Assembly: GCA_965263355.1 (NCBI GenBank)
Contig: CBDHHL010000032.1
Span: 128,001-192,000, forward strand
Direction: 5' to 3'
Length of the DNA stretch: 64,000 bases
From: Leptolyngbyaceae cyanobacterium
Lineage (GTDB): Bacteria; Cyanobacteriota; Cyanobacteriia; Phormidesmidales; Phormidesmidaceae
Part shown: positions 39,292 through 48,726 of the stretch, piece after piece
How positions within the stretch are numbered: the stretch's first letter is position 1
Layout of the letters: each line of letters opens with the position of its first letter
Position numbers and translations under genes: made by a program
The notes under the pieces: generated by a model
The model's database searches: none
The model's input: only the letters and a program-made list of their open reading frames with translations
What the model was told of the DNA's origin: nothing

Positions 39292-40689
39292 TTAACGGAT
39301 TATGACTTTTTTAAGCTTTTCGAGTTTCGATTGACTGTAAGGGGCATAGCGCCAATTCACATCAAACCAAAACGTTTTTTTGAGCACACTCTTGTAGTGG
39401 GAAAAGATGTCAAATGAGGCTTTGCCATGGTAACGGCCCATGCCGCTTTGTCCCACACCGCCAAAGGGGAGTTCAGGAATACAGATGTGTAGAATCGTAT
39501 CGTTCAAACAGATACCACCGGACGAGGTTTCTGTCAGGACTTGCTGCTGTTTAGCTGAATCACGAGAGAACAAGTACAGGGCTAAGGGTTTGGGGCGAGC
39601 GTTGATTTGGGCAATGGCCTGATCAAATTGCTGGTAGGTCAATACGGGCAAAATCGGACCAAAGATTTCATCCTGCATAATGGGTGAGTCCCAGGTCACG
39701 TTGTCGAGTACCGTGGGGGCAATATAACGGATTTGGGCATCGGTTTCACCACCTATGAGAACCGTGCCGCTATTGAGCAGCCCGAGTAGGCGATTAAACT
39801 GTCGCTGATTGATAATGCGGCCTAAATCTGGGCTTTGGGACGGATCATCGCCGAAAAACTCGCGAATAGACTGGGTCAGCTTGATGAGAAAGGCTTCTTT
39901 AATGGCGTGATCAATCAGTAAATAATCTGGTGCGAGGCAGGTTTGTCCGGCGTTGAGAAATTTGCCCCAGACAACCCGTCGGGCGGCATGGTCCAGGTTA
40001 ATGTCGGTATCAATGATGCAGGGGCTTTTGCCGCCCAGTTCTAGGGTTACTGGTGTGAGATGTTTGGCGGCGGCGGCCATAACGATGCGGCCAACGGTAC
40101 TGCCACCGGTAAAGAAGATATGGTCAAATTTCTCTGCTAGCAGTTGTTGACTAATATCAACTTCTCCTTCAAATAAGGCTATATAGCTTGGATCAAAGGT
40201 GTTGGCAATCAGGTCAGCGACGACTTGGGCGGTATGGGGAGCATGTTCAGAGGGTTTTAGAATGGCGCAGTTTCCTGCTGCGATCGCACCCACCAACGGT
40301 GATATGACTAATTGAAACGGATAATTCCAGGGCCCCATAATCAAGACTATCCCCTTGGGTTCGGGTTGTACCCATGCTGATGAGGGAAAATTTTCTAGGG
40401 TGGACCTGACTCGCTTAGGTTTTATCCACCGTTTGAGGTGTTTAAGCGCCCGGTTGATTTCTGAGAGGGTGATTACTTCATATTCAAAATAGGTTTCAGA
40501 ATCGGGTCGCCCGAGATCAGCGTTGATTGCTTTAAAGATAGCTGTCTGTCGATCAAGGACTGCCTGTTTTAATTTGGCTAATTGGGTCTGACGAAATTCA
40601 AACGGTTTGGTCTGCCCCGATGCAAAAAATGCTCGCTGCTGCCTAAGGACATCGGGAATCGACAAAGATTTCGTCAGTTGAGGGGGCAT
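39292..40689 (-). CDS. Aldehyde dehydrogenase (class 3-like)
   Basis: PWNYP, FTGG, LELGGKSP, catalytic NAGQTC, EIFGP and PFGGVGQSG motifs; start could be 40716. Confidence 0.93.
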   Translation of the reverse strand: MPPQLTKSLSIPDVLRQQRAFFASGQTKPFEFRQTQLAKLKQAVLDRQTAIFKAINADLGRPDSETYFEYEVITLSEINRALKHLKRWIKPKRVRSTLENFPSSAWVQPEPKGIVLIMGPWNYPFQLVISPLVGAIAAGNCAILKPSEHAPHTAQVVADLIANTFDPSYIALFEGEVDISQQLLAEKFDHIFFTGGSTVGRIVMAAAAKHLTPVTLELGGKSPCIIDTDINLDHAARRVVWGKFLNAGQTCLAPDYLLIDHAIKEAFLIKLTQSIREFFGDDPSQSPDLGRIINQRQFNRLLGLLNSGTVLIGGETDAQIRYIAPTVLDNVTWDSPIMQDEIFGPILPVLTYQQFDQAIAQINARPKPLALYLFSRDSAKQQQVLTETSSGGICLNDTILHICIPELPFGGVGQSGMGRYHGKASFDIFSHYKSVLKKTFWFDVNWRYAPYSQSKLEKLKKVIIR

Positions 40690-40774
40690 AGATCGATATT
40701 GGGCAAGCGTACACAATTTATAATGTCGTGAACTTACGCATCTGACTAGCCCTGCGGGCTGGTGGGTGGGGTTA

Positions 40775-40841
40775 TGTTGGGTTTTGGGGCTCTACCCAAA
40801 CTACGGGTTTTCCCATTGGTGGTGGGCGGTGCCCACCCTAC
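40775..40841 (-). repeat. Two GTAG REP-like elements
   Basis: Minus strand GTAGGGTGGGCACCGCCCACC and GTAGTTTGGGTAGAGCCCCAAAACCCAACA. Confidence 0.65.
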
Positions 40842-40859
40842 ATGTTCGTCTCAATAATT

Positions 40860-42215
40860 ATGTTTCAAACGACTCGGCGGCGTCTGGCGTTGTGGTACAC
40901 CGCAATTACTGCTATTTTGCTGCTAATTTTTGCTAGTGGCGTGTATTTTTATGTGCGCAATACCCTGGTGGAGCGGGTGGATGACACCTTAAATCATGTG
41001 GTGGAGGTGGTCCAGCGGTCGTTGGTAATTGAAGCGGCGGAGCCATCGACGGGACGGGTTTTGACGGCTACGGGGGTGAAAGGTCAGGCTCCGCTGCAGG
41101 TCAATGTGGAGGCTAGTTTTCGGGATAATGCTCAAACTTTAGAGGATGATCATATTGATATCGAGTGGTTTGATCCCAACGGTCAGCTGCAGTGGAGCAC
41201 CCTATCGATCCCCAGTAACTTGCCTCTCCAAGTCAATGCTGCTGGGGAAACTGTTCATCTTAAGCATGGTTCAAATGGTGGTCAGAGTGATGAGAACGAT
41301 CAGGTGCTACGCCAAATTAGCCGTCGTGTTCAGATTAACCATCAGGTGTTGGGCTATTTACGGGTGAGTCATCCCTGGTTTGAAGTAAGCAAACCTAGTC
41401 ATCAGTTGGTCATTGACCTTAGCATTTGGTCTAGTCTGATCATTGTGGCCACTGGCACCATTGGCTGGTTATTGTCAGGATTGGCCATGGCACCGGTACG
41501 CCAGTCCTATCAACAACTCAAGCAATTTACAGCCGATGCATCCCATGAACTGCGTAATCCCATTGCTGTTATTCAAACCAATGTGCAGGTGGCTTTAGCC
41601 GATCCTGAGCCAGATACTGACTTTCAACATAGCCAATTGCAGGTGCTAGAGAGGCTTACGCGTCGTCTAGGTCGTCTAGTGGATAACCTGTTATTTCTAG
41701 CGCGGCAGGATGGTGGTCTGATTCCGATGCAGTCGGAAGATTTGGACCTTAATAAACTGCTATCAGAAGTGATTGAAGAACAAGGACTGGTGGCCCAGGG
41801 GCAAGGGTTAAGCCTGATTTATAATCCTCTGCTGCCTGAACTCCCTTTTAAGTTGAGAGGCGATCGCGACCAGCTGACTCGTTTGTTTACTAACCTGATT
41901 AGTAATGCCATCCAATACACGCCTGCAGGTACAGTCACCGTAACTGTGGAAAACAGTTCTTTACAAGGCCAGGATGCCTATAAGGTAGCGGTCTGTGATA
42001 CTGGTATCGGCATTTCTAAAACATTACAGTCCCAGGTATTTGACCGGTTTTATCGGGTTGATAAAGCTCGCAGTCGTCATGATAGGGGGGGGGCTGGATT
42101 GGGGTTAGCGATCGCAAAAGCTATCATCATCAACCACCAAGGGCGAATTCAGTTAGAAAGTCAGCTTGAAAAGGGAACAACGGTGATTGTGACGTTGCCG
42201 ATGAACAATACCTAG
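40860..42215 (+). CDS. Two-component sensor kinase, ManS (Hik27)-like
   Basis: MFQTTRRRLALWYTAITAILLLIFASG N-terminus, H-box FTADASHELRNP, NLISNAIQYT, GGAGLGL. Confidence 0.8.
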   Translation: MFQTTRRRLALWYTAITAILLLIFASGVYFYVRNTLVERVDDTLNHVVEVVQRSLVIEAAEPSTGRVLTATGVKGQAPLQVNVEASFRDNAQTLEDDHIDIEWFDPNGQLQWSTLSIPSNLPLQVNAAGETVHLKHGSNGGQSDENDQVLRQISRRVQINHQVLGYLRVSHPWFEVSKPSHQLVIDLSIWSSLIIVATGTIGWLLSGLAMAPVRQSYQQLKQFTADASHELRNPIAVIQTNVQVALADPEPDTDFQHSQLQVLERLTRRLGRLVDNLLFLARQDGGLIPMQSEDLDLNKLLSEVIEEQGLVAQGQGLSLIYNPLLPELPFKLRGDRDQLTRLFTNLISNAIQYTPAGTVTVTVENSSLQGQDAYKVAVCDTGIGISKTLQSQVFDRFYRVDKARSRHDRGGAGLGLAIAKAIIINHQGRIQLESQLEKGTTVIVTLPMNNT

Positions 42216-43012
42216 CGAGCTAAACTAGCCAGTTCACCAGGGGTACTCGGGGTAAAGGTTTGCTCTACCACAGTTCCTGGTTTACCCATGGGCTTAGCCT
42301 TTCCCTGGTTATAGGCCACAACCACACCCCCTGCATTGCCCGCCCGAATCGTTAGGGTTTCCTTGGCTGTCCATGAACGCTCAGTACCCTCTTGCAAAAT
42401 GCCTTCATAGGTCTGATCTCCATCGGCAACCACCCGCACCCAAGATTGCTGCACAAACTCAACATTCACTACGATCGGCTCCTTAGGAACCGGTTTAGCT
42501 TCAGGCTGCTCGGGTACTTGGGTGACAGGGGCTGATGCCGCCGACTGTCGTGGGGCTAACTGTTCCGCAGTGGCGGAATCCACAATTGGTTCAGCCGCAT
42601 CTTGGGGAATCGCCCGCTGCATCAAATAGGATAAGCCACTAACTGAAACTGCAATTAAGGCAACATAGGCTCCATATAAATGGTACGGACGTAGCTGTAC
42701 AGCAGCATCCTGCGACCAATTTCGCCCCGCCCCCTTAGACGTAGGAATCGCCACATAATGTCTAGATAGGGTGTCGCCATCTAGACCTAAAACGTCACCA
42801 TAGCGACGAATTAAACCACGTACGTAAACTGGCTCAGGCAATTCATTGGTGCGAGCCTCTTCTAAAGCCAACAGCAATCTAGGTCGGACTAAAACCTTAC
42901 TGGCCACTTCGTCCAATGTCTGGCCATTAGCTACACGAGCATCACGCAACGTTGACCCGAGGGCCAATAGCTGCTCCTGCTGCTGATTACTCGTATGGCC
43001 TTGACGTTTCAT
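42212..43012 (-). CDS. rodZ: RodZ-like HTH/TM/DUF4115 protein
   Basis: N-terminal HTH (LPEPVYVRGLIRRYG), one TM, C-terminal SWVRVVADG...IRAGNAGGV. Confidence 0.8.
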   Translation of the reverse strand: MKRQGHTSNQQQEQLLALGSTLRDARVANGQTLDEVASKVLVRPRLLLALEEARTNELPEPVYVRGLIRRYGDVLGLDGDTLSRHYVAIPTSKGAGRNWSQDAAVQLRPYHLYGAYVALIAVSVSGLSYLMQRAIPQDAAEPIVDSATAEQLAPRQSAASAPVTQVPEQPEAKPVPKEPIVVNVEFVQQSWVRVVADGDQTYEGILQEGTERSWTAKETLTIRAGNAGGVVVAYNQGKAKPMGKPGTVVEQTFTPSTPGELASLAR

Positions 43013-43083
43013 AGGATCAAAATCTTTCTTAACAATTTAAGCACACTAATGCGATTCAAGCATACGTGCTACGAAACAGTACA

Positions 43084-43908
43084 TCAGAGAAGTGCCAGGA
43101 GTTTATCTGTCTCTTTAGACGTTAATTCACGACACTGCCCCGAGGGTAAATCGTCCAATTTAATAAAGCCGATAGCATCCCGGTGCAAACTGATGACGGG
43201 ATGGCCCAGTTGTTCGGCAACGCGACGAATCTGACGATTACGCCCCTCGCGCAGCAAAATCTCTAGCAAAGCCGGGGGACTGGACTGTAGGACGTTAACC
43301 TGAGCAGGGGCTGTTAATTTACCGGCCAAGCTAACACCACATCGCCACTTTTCTAAACAAGCGTTTGTAGGCGACCCCTGGACCCTGACTTTGTAGGTCT
43401 TGGGGATATGATGACGGGGATGGGTCAATGTTTGAGTTAGCTGCCCATGGTTGGTTAATAATAGCGCTCCAGTGGAGTCCGTATCTAAGCGCCCCACAGG
43501 GTGTAACCGGATATCGCCTTGACGTAGCTTAGGAGGAAGCAAATCAATAACGGTTTTTCGTCCCTGGGGATCATCACAGGTTGACACCACACCACGGGGT
43601 TTATTTAGCAATATGTAGTAATTGCCTGGACGGTTGTCTGGATTAAGCGCTCGTCCATCAATGCGAATATCGTCCACAGCTGGATTGGCACGTTGGCCAA
43701 TGTGGGCCTTAACACCGTTAACAGTAATATGCCCATTGGCAATTAGCAGCTCTGACTGACGCCGCGAGGCTACCCCCCACTGAGACAGAAGTTTCTGTAA
43801 TTTCTCGTCCGATGAGAAATGCTTTGACAGTGACTGCTTAGACAAAATGTTAGAAAATCTACAACTAAAGCACTTTTGAAAATAAACTTCGAGTGCATGG
43901 TACAGCAC
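43084..43908 (-). CDS. RNA pseudouridine synthase (RsuA/RluB family)
   Basis: S4 domain (GVASRR), LNKPRGVV, catalytic VGRLDTDSTG, EGRNRQIRR; start uncertain. Confidence 0.9.
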   Translation of the reverse strand: MLYHALEVYFQKCFSCRFSNILSKQSLSKHFSSDEKLQKLLSQWGVASRRQSELLIANGHITVNGVKAHIGQRANPAVDDIRIDGRALNPDNRPGNYYILLNKPRGVVSTCDDPQGRKTVIDLLPPKLRQGDIRLHPVGRLDTDSTGALLLTNHGQLTQTLTHPRHHIPKTYKVRVQGSPTNACLEKWRCGVSLAGKLTAPAQVNVLQSSPPALLEILLREGRNRQIRRVAEQLGHPVISLHRDAIGFIKLDDLPSGQCRELTSKETDKLLALL

Positions 43909-43980
43909 TGCTGCTAAAGGTGCTTAGGCTGCGTAGACACTTCCCCTAGTGTAGCTCAGTGATTTTACGTAGCCAGTTTT

Positions 43981-45270
43981 TTACCTGGAGATGGAATATT
44001 TTGTGTCTGCCCCGGTCAACGATTTTGGTAACCAAACCTGTAGCCAGGCTCCACCAGTGTCAGGATGATTTTTAGCTTTAACTGTTCCTTGATGGAATTC
44101 TACAATCTTTTGCACTATGGAGAGACCTAAGCCGGTGCTTTTTGAGAGTGCTTCATCTCCCGAGCGAGTTCGCGACATATCAGACCGATAAAACCGCTCA
44201 AATATGTAGGGTAAATCCTTTTCCAGAAACCCGGCACCCCAATCAAACACATCCAACAGTAAACCCATTTTTTCACCCTTCTCACAAAGCTTGAGATGGA
44301 CATGGATTGTCTGATGAGGGGGGCTATATTTCAATGCGTTATCGAGTAAGTTCAGCAACATACGATACACTAGGCCGCTGTTAACGGATGCGATCGCACC
44401 ATTAGGGCCTTGGTACTCAAACCGTTTGTCCTGCAGTTTTGCCTGGGGTTCCAAACTCTGCCATGCCTGATTTAATAAGGCAACCACATCGGCATCTTCT
44501 AACTGTTCCTGCGGTCGATGTTCTAAGTGACTCAGGCTCAGCATATCGTCCACTAAAGCACTGAGACGATTGACTTCCTGTAGCAACCGATCAGCCCAGC
44601 TGACCAGGCCAGGCGCAATGCGACTCCGTAAGGTCTCACCCACCAAACGAATAGACGTCAGCGGTGTTTTTAATTCATGGGCCACGTCCGATGTCCAGCG
44701 ATCTCGTTGCTGTGCCAGCATGACTGCTTCTTGGCGGTTTTCTAGAAACACGCCGACCTGACCATGACTTAAGGGAATACCGTAACCGCTCAGCGGATAG
44801 GCTGGGCCTTCCAAAATATTAGCTGGGTCAGGAGAAATAGACCTTAATGTCCATTCTTTTTTGCACTGAGTCTGACGCTCACGGGTTTGCTCGATCAAGT
44901 GATCTAGCTCGTAAGAACGTGCGATCGCTAGCAGTAGCCTAGGGGATGTGTAGTCAGTTTGCTCAATCCCTAAAAGCTCTCTGGCTTTAGCATTACACCA
45001 CAGCAAACGACTTTCTTCATCTACCCTTAAATAGCCCAGCGGAGCATGCTGCAGCACCCAGTTAGCTTCATCTAGCTCGGCCTGAAAATCACTCAAGACC
45101 TTACTCTGGCTTGCTATAGCGCTAGCAATCTGAGCTTCGTAGGAGAAAGATTGCGCCTCAGGTTGAATGTCAATTCGAGCAAACAGAGCCTTACGCCTGG
45201 CACCGGAACGAAGGCGATCCAATAAGAGAAGCAATAATCCTATTGATAAACCAGCCAAAAAATAAAGCAC
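43981..45270 (-). CDS. sphS: Phosphate-sensing histidine kinase SphS/PhoR-like
   Basis: N-terminal TM, PAS-like region (APLGYLRVDEE..RSYELD), SDVAHELKTPLTSIRLV, NLLDNALKYSP. Confidence 0.75.
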   Translation of the reverse strand: MLYFLAGLSIGLLLLLLDRLRSGARRKALFARIDIQPEAQSFSYEAQIASAIASQSKVLSDFQAELDEANWVLQHAPLGYLRVDEESRLLWCNAKARELLGIEQTDYTSPRLLLAIARSYELDHLIEQTRERQTQCKKEWTLRSISPDPANILEGPAYPLSGYGIPLSHGQVGVFLENRQEAVMLAQQRDRWTSDVAHELKTPLTSIRLVGETLRSRIAPGLVSWADRLLQEVNRLSALVDDMLSLSHLEHRPQEQLEDADVVALLNQAWQSLEPQAKLQDKRFEYQGPNGAIASVNSGLVYRMLLNLLDNALKYSPPHQTIHVHLKLCEKGEKMGLLLDVFDWGAGFLEKDLPYIFERFYRSDMSRTRSGDEALSKSTGLGLSIVQKIVEFHQGTVKAKNHPDTGGAWLQVWLPKSLTGADTKYSISR

Positions 45271-45417
45271 AGCAACCCAGCATCAATGCTCTCAGCATCA
45301 TAACTCAGGGGTATTCTCAAAAAATCCCGTCGGTTGGGTTGAGCCTACAAGACCTAATAGTTTTAAGGATTTTAGAACTACGAAATCCAGCCTAACCATA
45401 ACAGCAGAGTTGCCTAT

Positions 45418-45449
45418 AAAAAAGGCTCCTTCCCTACAGAAGGAACCCT
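45418..45449 (-). terminator. Intrinsic terminator of the DUF4278-like gene
   Basis: Minus strand AGGGTTCCTTC-TGTAGG-GAAGGAGCCTTTTTT. Confidence 0.7.
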
Positions 45450-45526
45450 TATGGCATAAAAAAAATTGAAATAACCAGCTTTACTGGCTTATACGTGCCC
45501 TTGAAACAAATGGGAAACGTTAGATG

Positions 45527-45697
45527 TTAACGGACTTGAGCACCGCGATACTTTAGACCATGTACACGACTATGGGCATGACCCGTAGCCTTTTTCACAC
45601 GATAAGATGCGCCCCGGTAACGAACAACATCACCATCTTCAACAGCGACATTACATTCGGGGACAGTATATTTAACTCCACGGTAAGACAGTTGCAT
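45527..45697 (-). CDS. DUF4278-like small basic protein (56 aa)
   Basis: AAGGAGG RBS; MQLSYRGVKYTVPECNVAVEDGDVVRYRGASYRVKKATGHAHSRVHGLKYRGAQVR* with three YRG motifs; not in the ORF track. Confidence 0.88.
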   Translation of the reverse strand: MQLSYRGVKYTVPECNVAVEDGDVVRYRGASYRVKKATGHAHSRVHGLKYRGAQVR

Positions 45698-45743
45698 GGA
45701 TTTCGCCTCCTTAATATTTGAGAACGTAGAGAGTTAAGATGAG

Positions 45744-45864
45744 GCGCGTTCCTTCGGTTAGATAGCCAATGGCTGTAGAGTCAATTGCTATCTTTCCTAC
45801 TTCCGTCCCTATTGAAATCAAAGACACTAGTAGATGCAGTCAATCTCAATAGGAATGAACGTTT
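45744..45864 (-). ncRNA. Glutamine riboswitch class I (glnA RNA motif)
   Basis: Minus strand CGTTCA-[stem TCCTATTGAGAT/ATTTCAATAGGGA]-CGGAAGTAGG-[stem AGATAGC/GCTATCT]-CCGAAGGAACGC, in the leader of a DUF4278-like gene. Confidence 0.88.
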
Positions 45865-45871
45865 TGTTTCT

Positions 45872-45908
45872 GTATTCAAATATACAGAATGGTCGATCGT
45901 CTTGTCAA
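45872..45908 (-). promoter_or_regulatory. Sigma70-type promoter with overlapping NtcA site
   Basis: Minus strand TTGACA-N18-TATATT; GTA-N8-TAC (GTATTCAAATATAC, 45872-45885) covers the -10 box. Confidence 0.75.
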
Positions 45909-45983
45909 TATTTTTTTGTTTTTTTCCGGATGTTTACGCGTATTGACGGAGGTGCTTATATTTTGTGATGTAACCTGCGGTCT

Positions 45984-46070
45984 TGTTGGGTTTTGTGCCT
46001 CTACCCAACCTACGGCCTGCGGCCCTATGTCCATTGCCCATGTTGGGTTTCGTGCCTCTACCCAACCTAC
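45984..46070 (-). repeat. Two tandem GTAG REP-like units
   Basis: Minus strand GTAGGTTGGGTAGAGGCACRAAACCCAACA at 45984-46013 and 46041-46070. Confidence 0.8.
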
Positions 46071-46082
46071 AGACATGTCCCT

Positions 46083-46886
46083 ATGCATCAAACTATTCCG
46101 CCTGAGCGTTTTTACCCTTACCTCACTTGGCAAGATATTGACACCATGGCTGATAAAGATCAGGTGGTGATTATTCAGCCGGTGGGGGCGATTGAGCAAC
46201 ATGGTCCCCATTTGCCGATAGCGGTGGATACGGCGTTGGGTTTGGCCATTATTGGTAGGGCGTTGGAAAAATTAGCATCGTCAATTCCTGTCTATTGTTT
46301 GCCGCCGCTATGTTACGGCAAATCTAATGAGCACTGGGGATTTCCTGGCACGATTACCCTATCGGCTGCGACACTGATGGCGGTGCTGGCGGATGTGGCT
46401 GATAGCATTTATCGAGCTGGGTTTCGTAAGCTATTACTGCTTAACTCCCACGGTGGGCAACCCCAGGTGCTGGAGATTGTGGCCCGCGATGTGCATCAGC
46501 GTCAGCCTGATTTTTGGGTATTTCCCCACTTTGTTTGGCAGGTGCCTCATCAGGTCGACGATTTGCTCAGTCCTAAAGAACGTCAGGCAGGGATTCATGC
46601 TGGGGATGCGGAAACGAGTTTAATGCTGGCGATTTTGCCTGACCAAGTTCATATGGATCGGGCGGTTACGGAATATCCTCCAGACCATGATGGGGTGTTG
46701 AGTTTAGAAGGGGCCTTGCCCTTTAGTTGGACTACCCGTGATATTTCTAAAAGCGGTGTCGTGGGTGATGCGATCGCAGCAACGGCAGAAAAGGGTGAAA
46801 AAATTTTGGCGGATGTGGCAGCTGGCTGGGTCACCGTTTTGGAAGAAATTTATCGGTTTGAACCGCCCCAACGCTGGCGCGATTGA
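46083..46886 (+). CDS. Creatininase family amidohydrolase
   Basis: GAIEQHGPHLP..D, EHWGFPGT, NSHGGQ and HAGDAETS motifs; the ORF-track start at 45993 runs through REP sequence. Confidence 0.9.
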   Translation: MHQTIPPERFYPYLTWQDIDTMADKDQVVIIQPVGAIEQHGPHLPIAVDTALGLAIIGRALEKLASSIPVYCLPPLCYGKSNEHWGFPGTITLSAATLMAVLADVADSIYRAGFRKLLLLNSHGGQPQVLEIVARDVHQRQPDFWVFPHFVWQVPHQVDDLLSPKERQAGIHAGDAETSLMLAILPDQVHMDRAVTEYPPDHDGVLSLEGALPFSWTTRDISKSGVVGDAIAATAEKGEKILADVAAGWVTVLEEIYRFEPPQRWRD

Positions 46887-47072
46887 TAGAGGGAAGTTGA
46901 TGGCTATCGCTATTGATGCCGTCCATTTAGCCATCAATTCGATTTAATAAAAGAGGGGGTATAACTGCTGGCTCATATGAATCCAGCGGGCAATATGTAT
47001 TAGAAAGTGAAGTCATACCTTGGGGCAGGGGGTTTTAATCCAGCTGTGTCAAGTGTGGATTGGGTATTACAT

Positions 47073-47146
47073 CTAAACCACAGCCAAGTTGAAACCTATT
47101 GGTTCTTCTACGGAAAAATGACCGTTCTGGATGTGGACAAGGTCTA
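47073..47146 (+). mobile_element. Dispersed ~75-bp repeat family B, copy 1
   Basis: CTAAACCACAGCCAAGTTGAAACCTATTGGTTCTTCTACGGAAAAATGACCGTTCTGGATGTGGACAAGGTCTA matches the reverse complement of 56416-56490. Confidence 0.75.
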
Positions 47147-47186
47147 TTTTGATTGCTAAGCACTGACCAACTAAGTAAATTTCAAT

Positions 47187-48704
47187 ATGAGTGGCCAGTT
47201 AAAGGATCCATCAAGGGAACACCACCAAATTTTTGGGTGTCCCACCCTTGCTTTATTTTTTGCTATTTGTCTGATTTATTTGGCGTTTCTAAAACCTGGG
47301 ATTTGGGGTGTGGATGGCAATGACATGCTGCACATGTCTCAATCCTTGATTCAGAAGGGTAATTTTTCGATTCCTGAGGGGACAGGGGGTATCCAGGGGC
47401 CGGATGGTCAGTTTTACTCTATCCGTTATCCCCTATTGCCAATTTTTGCCGTGCCGTTTGTATGGATTGGCACAACCCTGGGGGAAATTTTGAGCTTACC
47501 GGTGAGGTACACCTCTGCCACCTTTGGGCTGGTGCTCAATATTTTGCTCACGGCGGCAACTGCTGCTCTGGTTTATGGGTTAACCCTACGGCTGGGGGGA
47601 GCGCGTCGTGGAGCCTTTATTGCTGTAATTGGATATGCCTTTGGCACCACAGCCCTGGTTTATGCCCGTGAGTTTTTTGCCGAACCGCTGTTGGCATTTA
47701 TCATCACCTTGGCGTTATATCTGGCGTTTGGCAACTCGCGCTGGGGCCATTGGTCTGCCGGGTTACTGGCGGCGTTAGCGATCGCAGCTAAACCCGCTGG
47801 CGTCTTACTAGGTCCTGTACTGGCGCTTTATTTTTTACTGCGGCGCTGCAGTTGGGACCGGATTTTGGCCCCCTGCATCGGTACCGGCATTGGCATTGGC
47901 CTTTATCTGGCCTATAACTATATTCGGTTTGGTAGCCTGACTTCATCGGGACAGGACACCTCACAGCTAGGGTTTGACGGATTTTTTATGCGGGCGCTGG
48001 GGCAGTTAATTAGCCCTGGCAGTGGTGGTGGTTTATTTTGGTACTGTCCTCCGACCATTTTGGCCCTGGTTGGTTTTTGGGTACTGTGGCAGCGTCGCAA
48101 ACTAGAGTTTGTAGCGATATTTGGCATTGTGGCTAGTTTTTGGCTACTGCATAGCGGCTGGGACTTTAATGGTTGGAACTGGGGACCTCGGTTTTTAGTA
48201 CCGATTATTCCAGCGATGATGGTGACCGTCGGGCTATTGGATAAACGCTGGCGCGTACCGTTGATGGTACTGATTACCCTAGGTTTTTTGGCCAATGCCC
48301 CCATCTTGCTCACCTATTACCAACGCTATTTTGCCGAAGTATCTGACGAAAGTATGACGTTACTGATGCAAACGGTATCGCTATGGAGTGAGCCTTCCCA
48401 AGCGCCGATTTTTAATGTATGGGCGGCAGCGGGACGACAGTTAACCGATGCGTTTAATACCCCTGTGCAAGACATCATTAGCAATGTCGGTGAGCCACCG
48501 CCACGGGGAGAGTTTACTAAGGCTGAATTACTGAGAATTGTGGCCGTATGGTGGTGGTTTTTACCCGCCGTAGGGATTCCGATCTGGATTGGTGTGGCGA
48601 TCGCAATTGTCATGGTTAGCCTTGGCATTTGGCTATTGCGCCTCAGTTGGCTGATCGGTCTGAAGCCACCCATTCGGCTACAATCTAGCCAAATCCCCTT
48701 CTAG
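47187..48704 (+). CDS. Multi-pass membrane protein, probable GT-C glycosyltransferase
   Basis: First-loop acidic motif (GVDGND), YAREFFAEP and WNWGPRFLVP motifs; many TM helices. Confidence 0.65.
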   Translation: MSGQLKDPSREHHQIFGCPTLALFFAICLIYLAFLKPGIWGVDGNDMLHMSQSLIQKGNFSIPEGTGGIQGPDGQFYSIRYPLLPIFAVPFVWIGTTLGEILSLPVRYTSATFGLVLNILLTAATAALVYGLTLRLGGARRGAFIAVIGYAFGTTALVYAREFFAEPLLAFIITLALYLAFGNSRWGHWSAGLLAALAIAAKPAGVLLGPVLALYFLLRRCSWDRILAPCIGTGIGIGLYLAYNYIRFGSLTSSGQDTSQLGFDGFFMRALGQLISPGSGGGLFWYCPPTILALVGFWVLWQRRKLEFVAIFGIVASFWLLHSGWDFNGWNWGPRFLVPIIPAMMVTVGLLDKRWRVPLMVLITLGFLANAPILLTYYQRYFAEVSDESMTLLMQTVSLWSEPSQAPIFNVWAAAGRQLTDAFNTPVQDIISNVGEPPPRGEFTKAELLRIVAVWWWFLPAVGIPIWIGVAIAIVMVSLGIWLLRLSWLIGLKPPIRLQSSQIPF

Positions 48705-48726
48705 GAAAGCACCCCAGGCATCTCCA

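Noticed and set aside
45876..46211. ORF-track proteins containing VGWVEARNPT repeats
   Set aside because: These are translations of REP elements, not genes.
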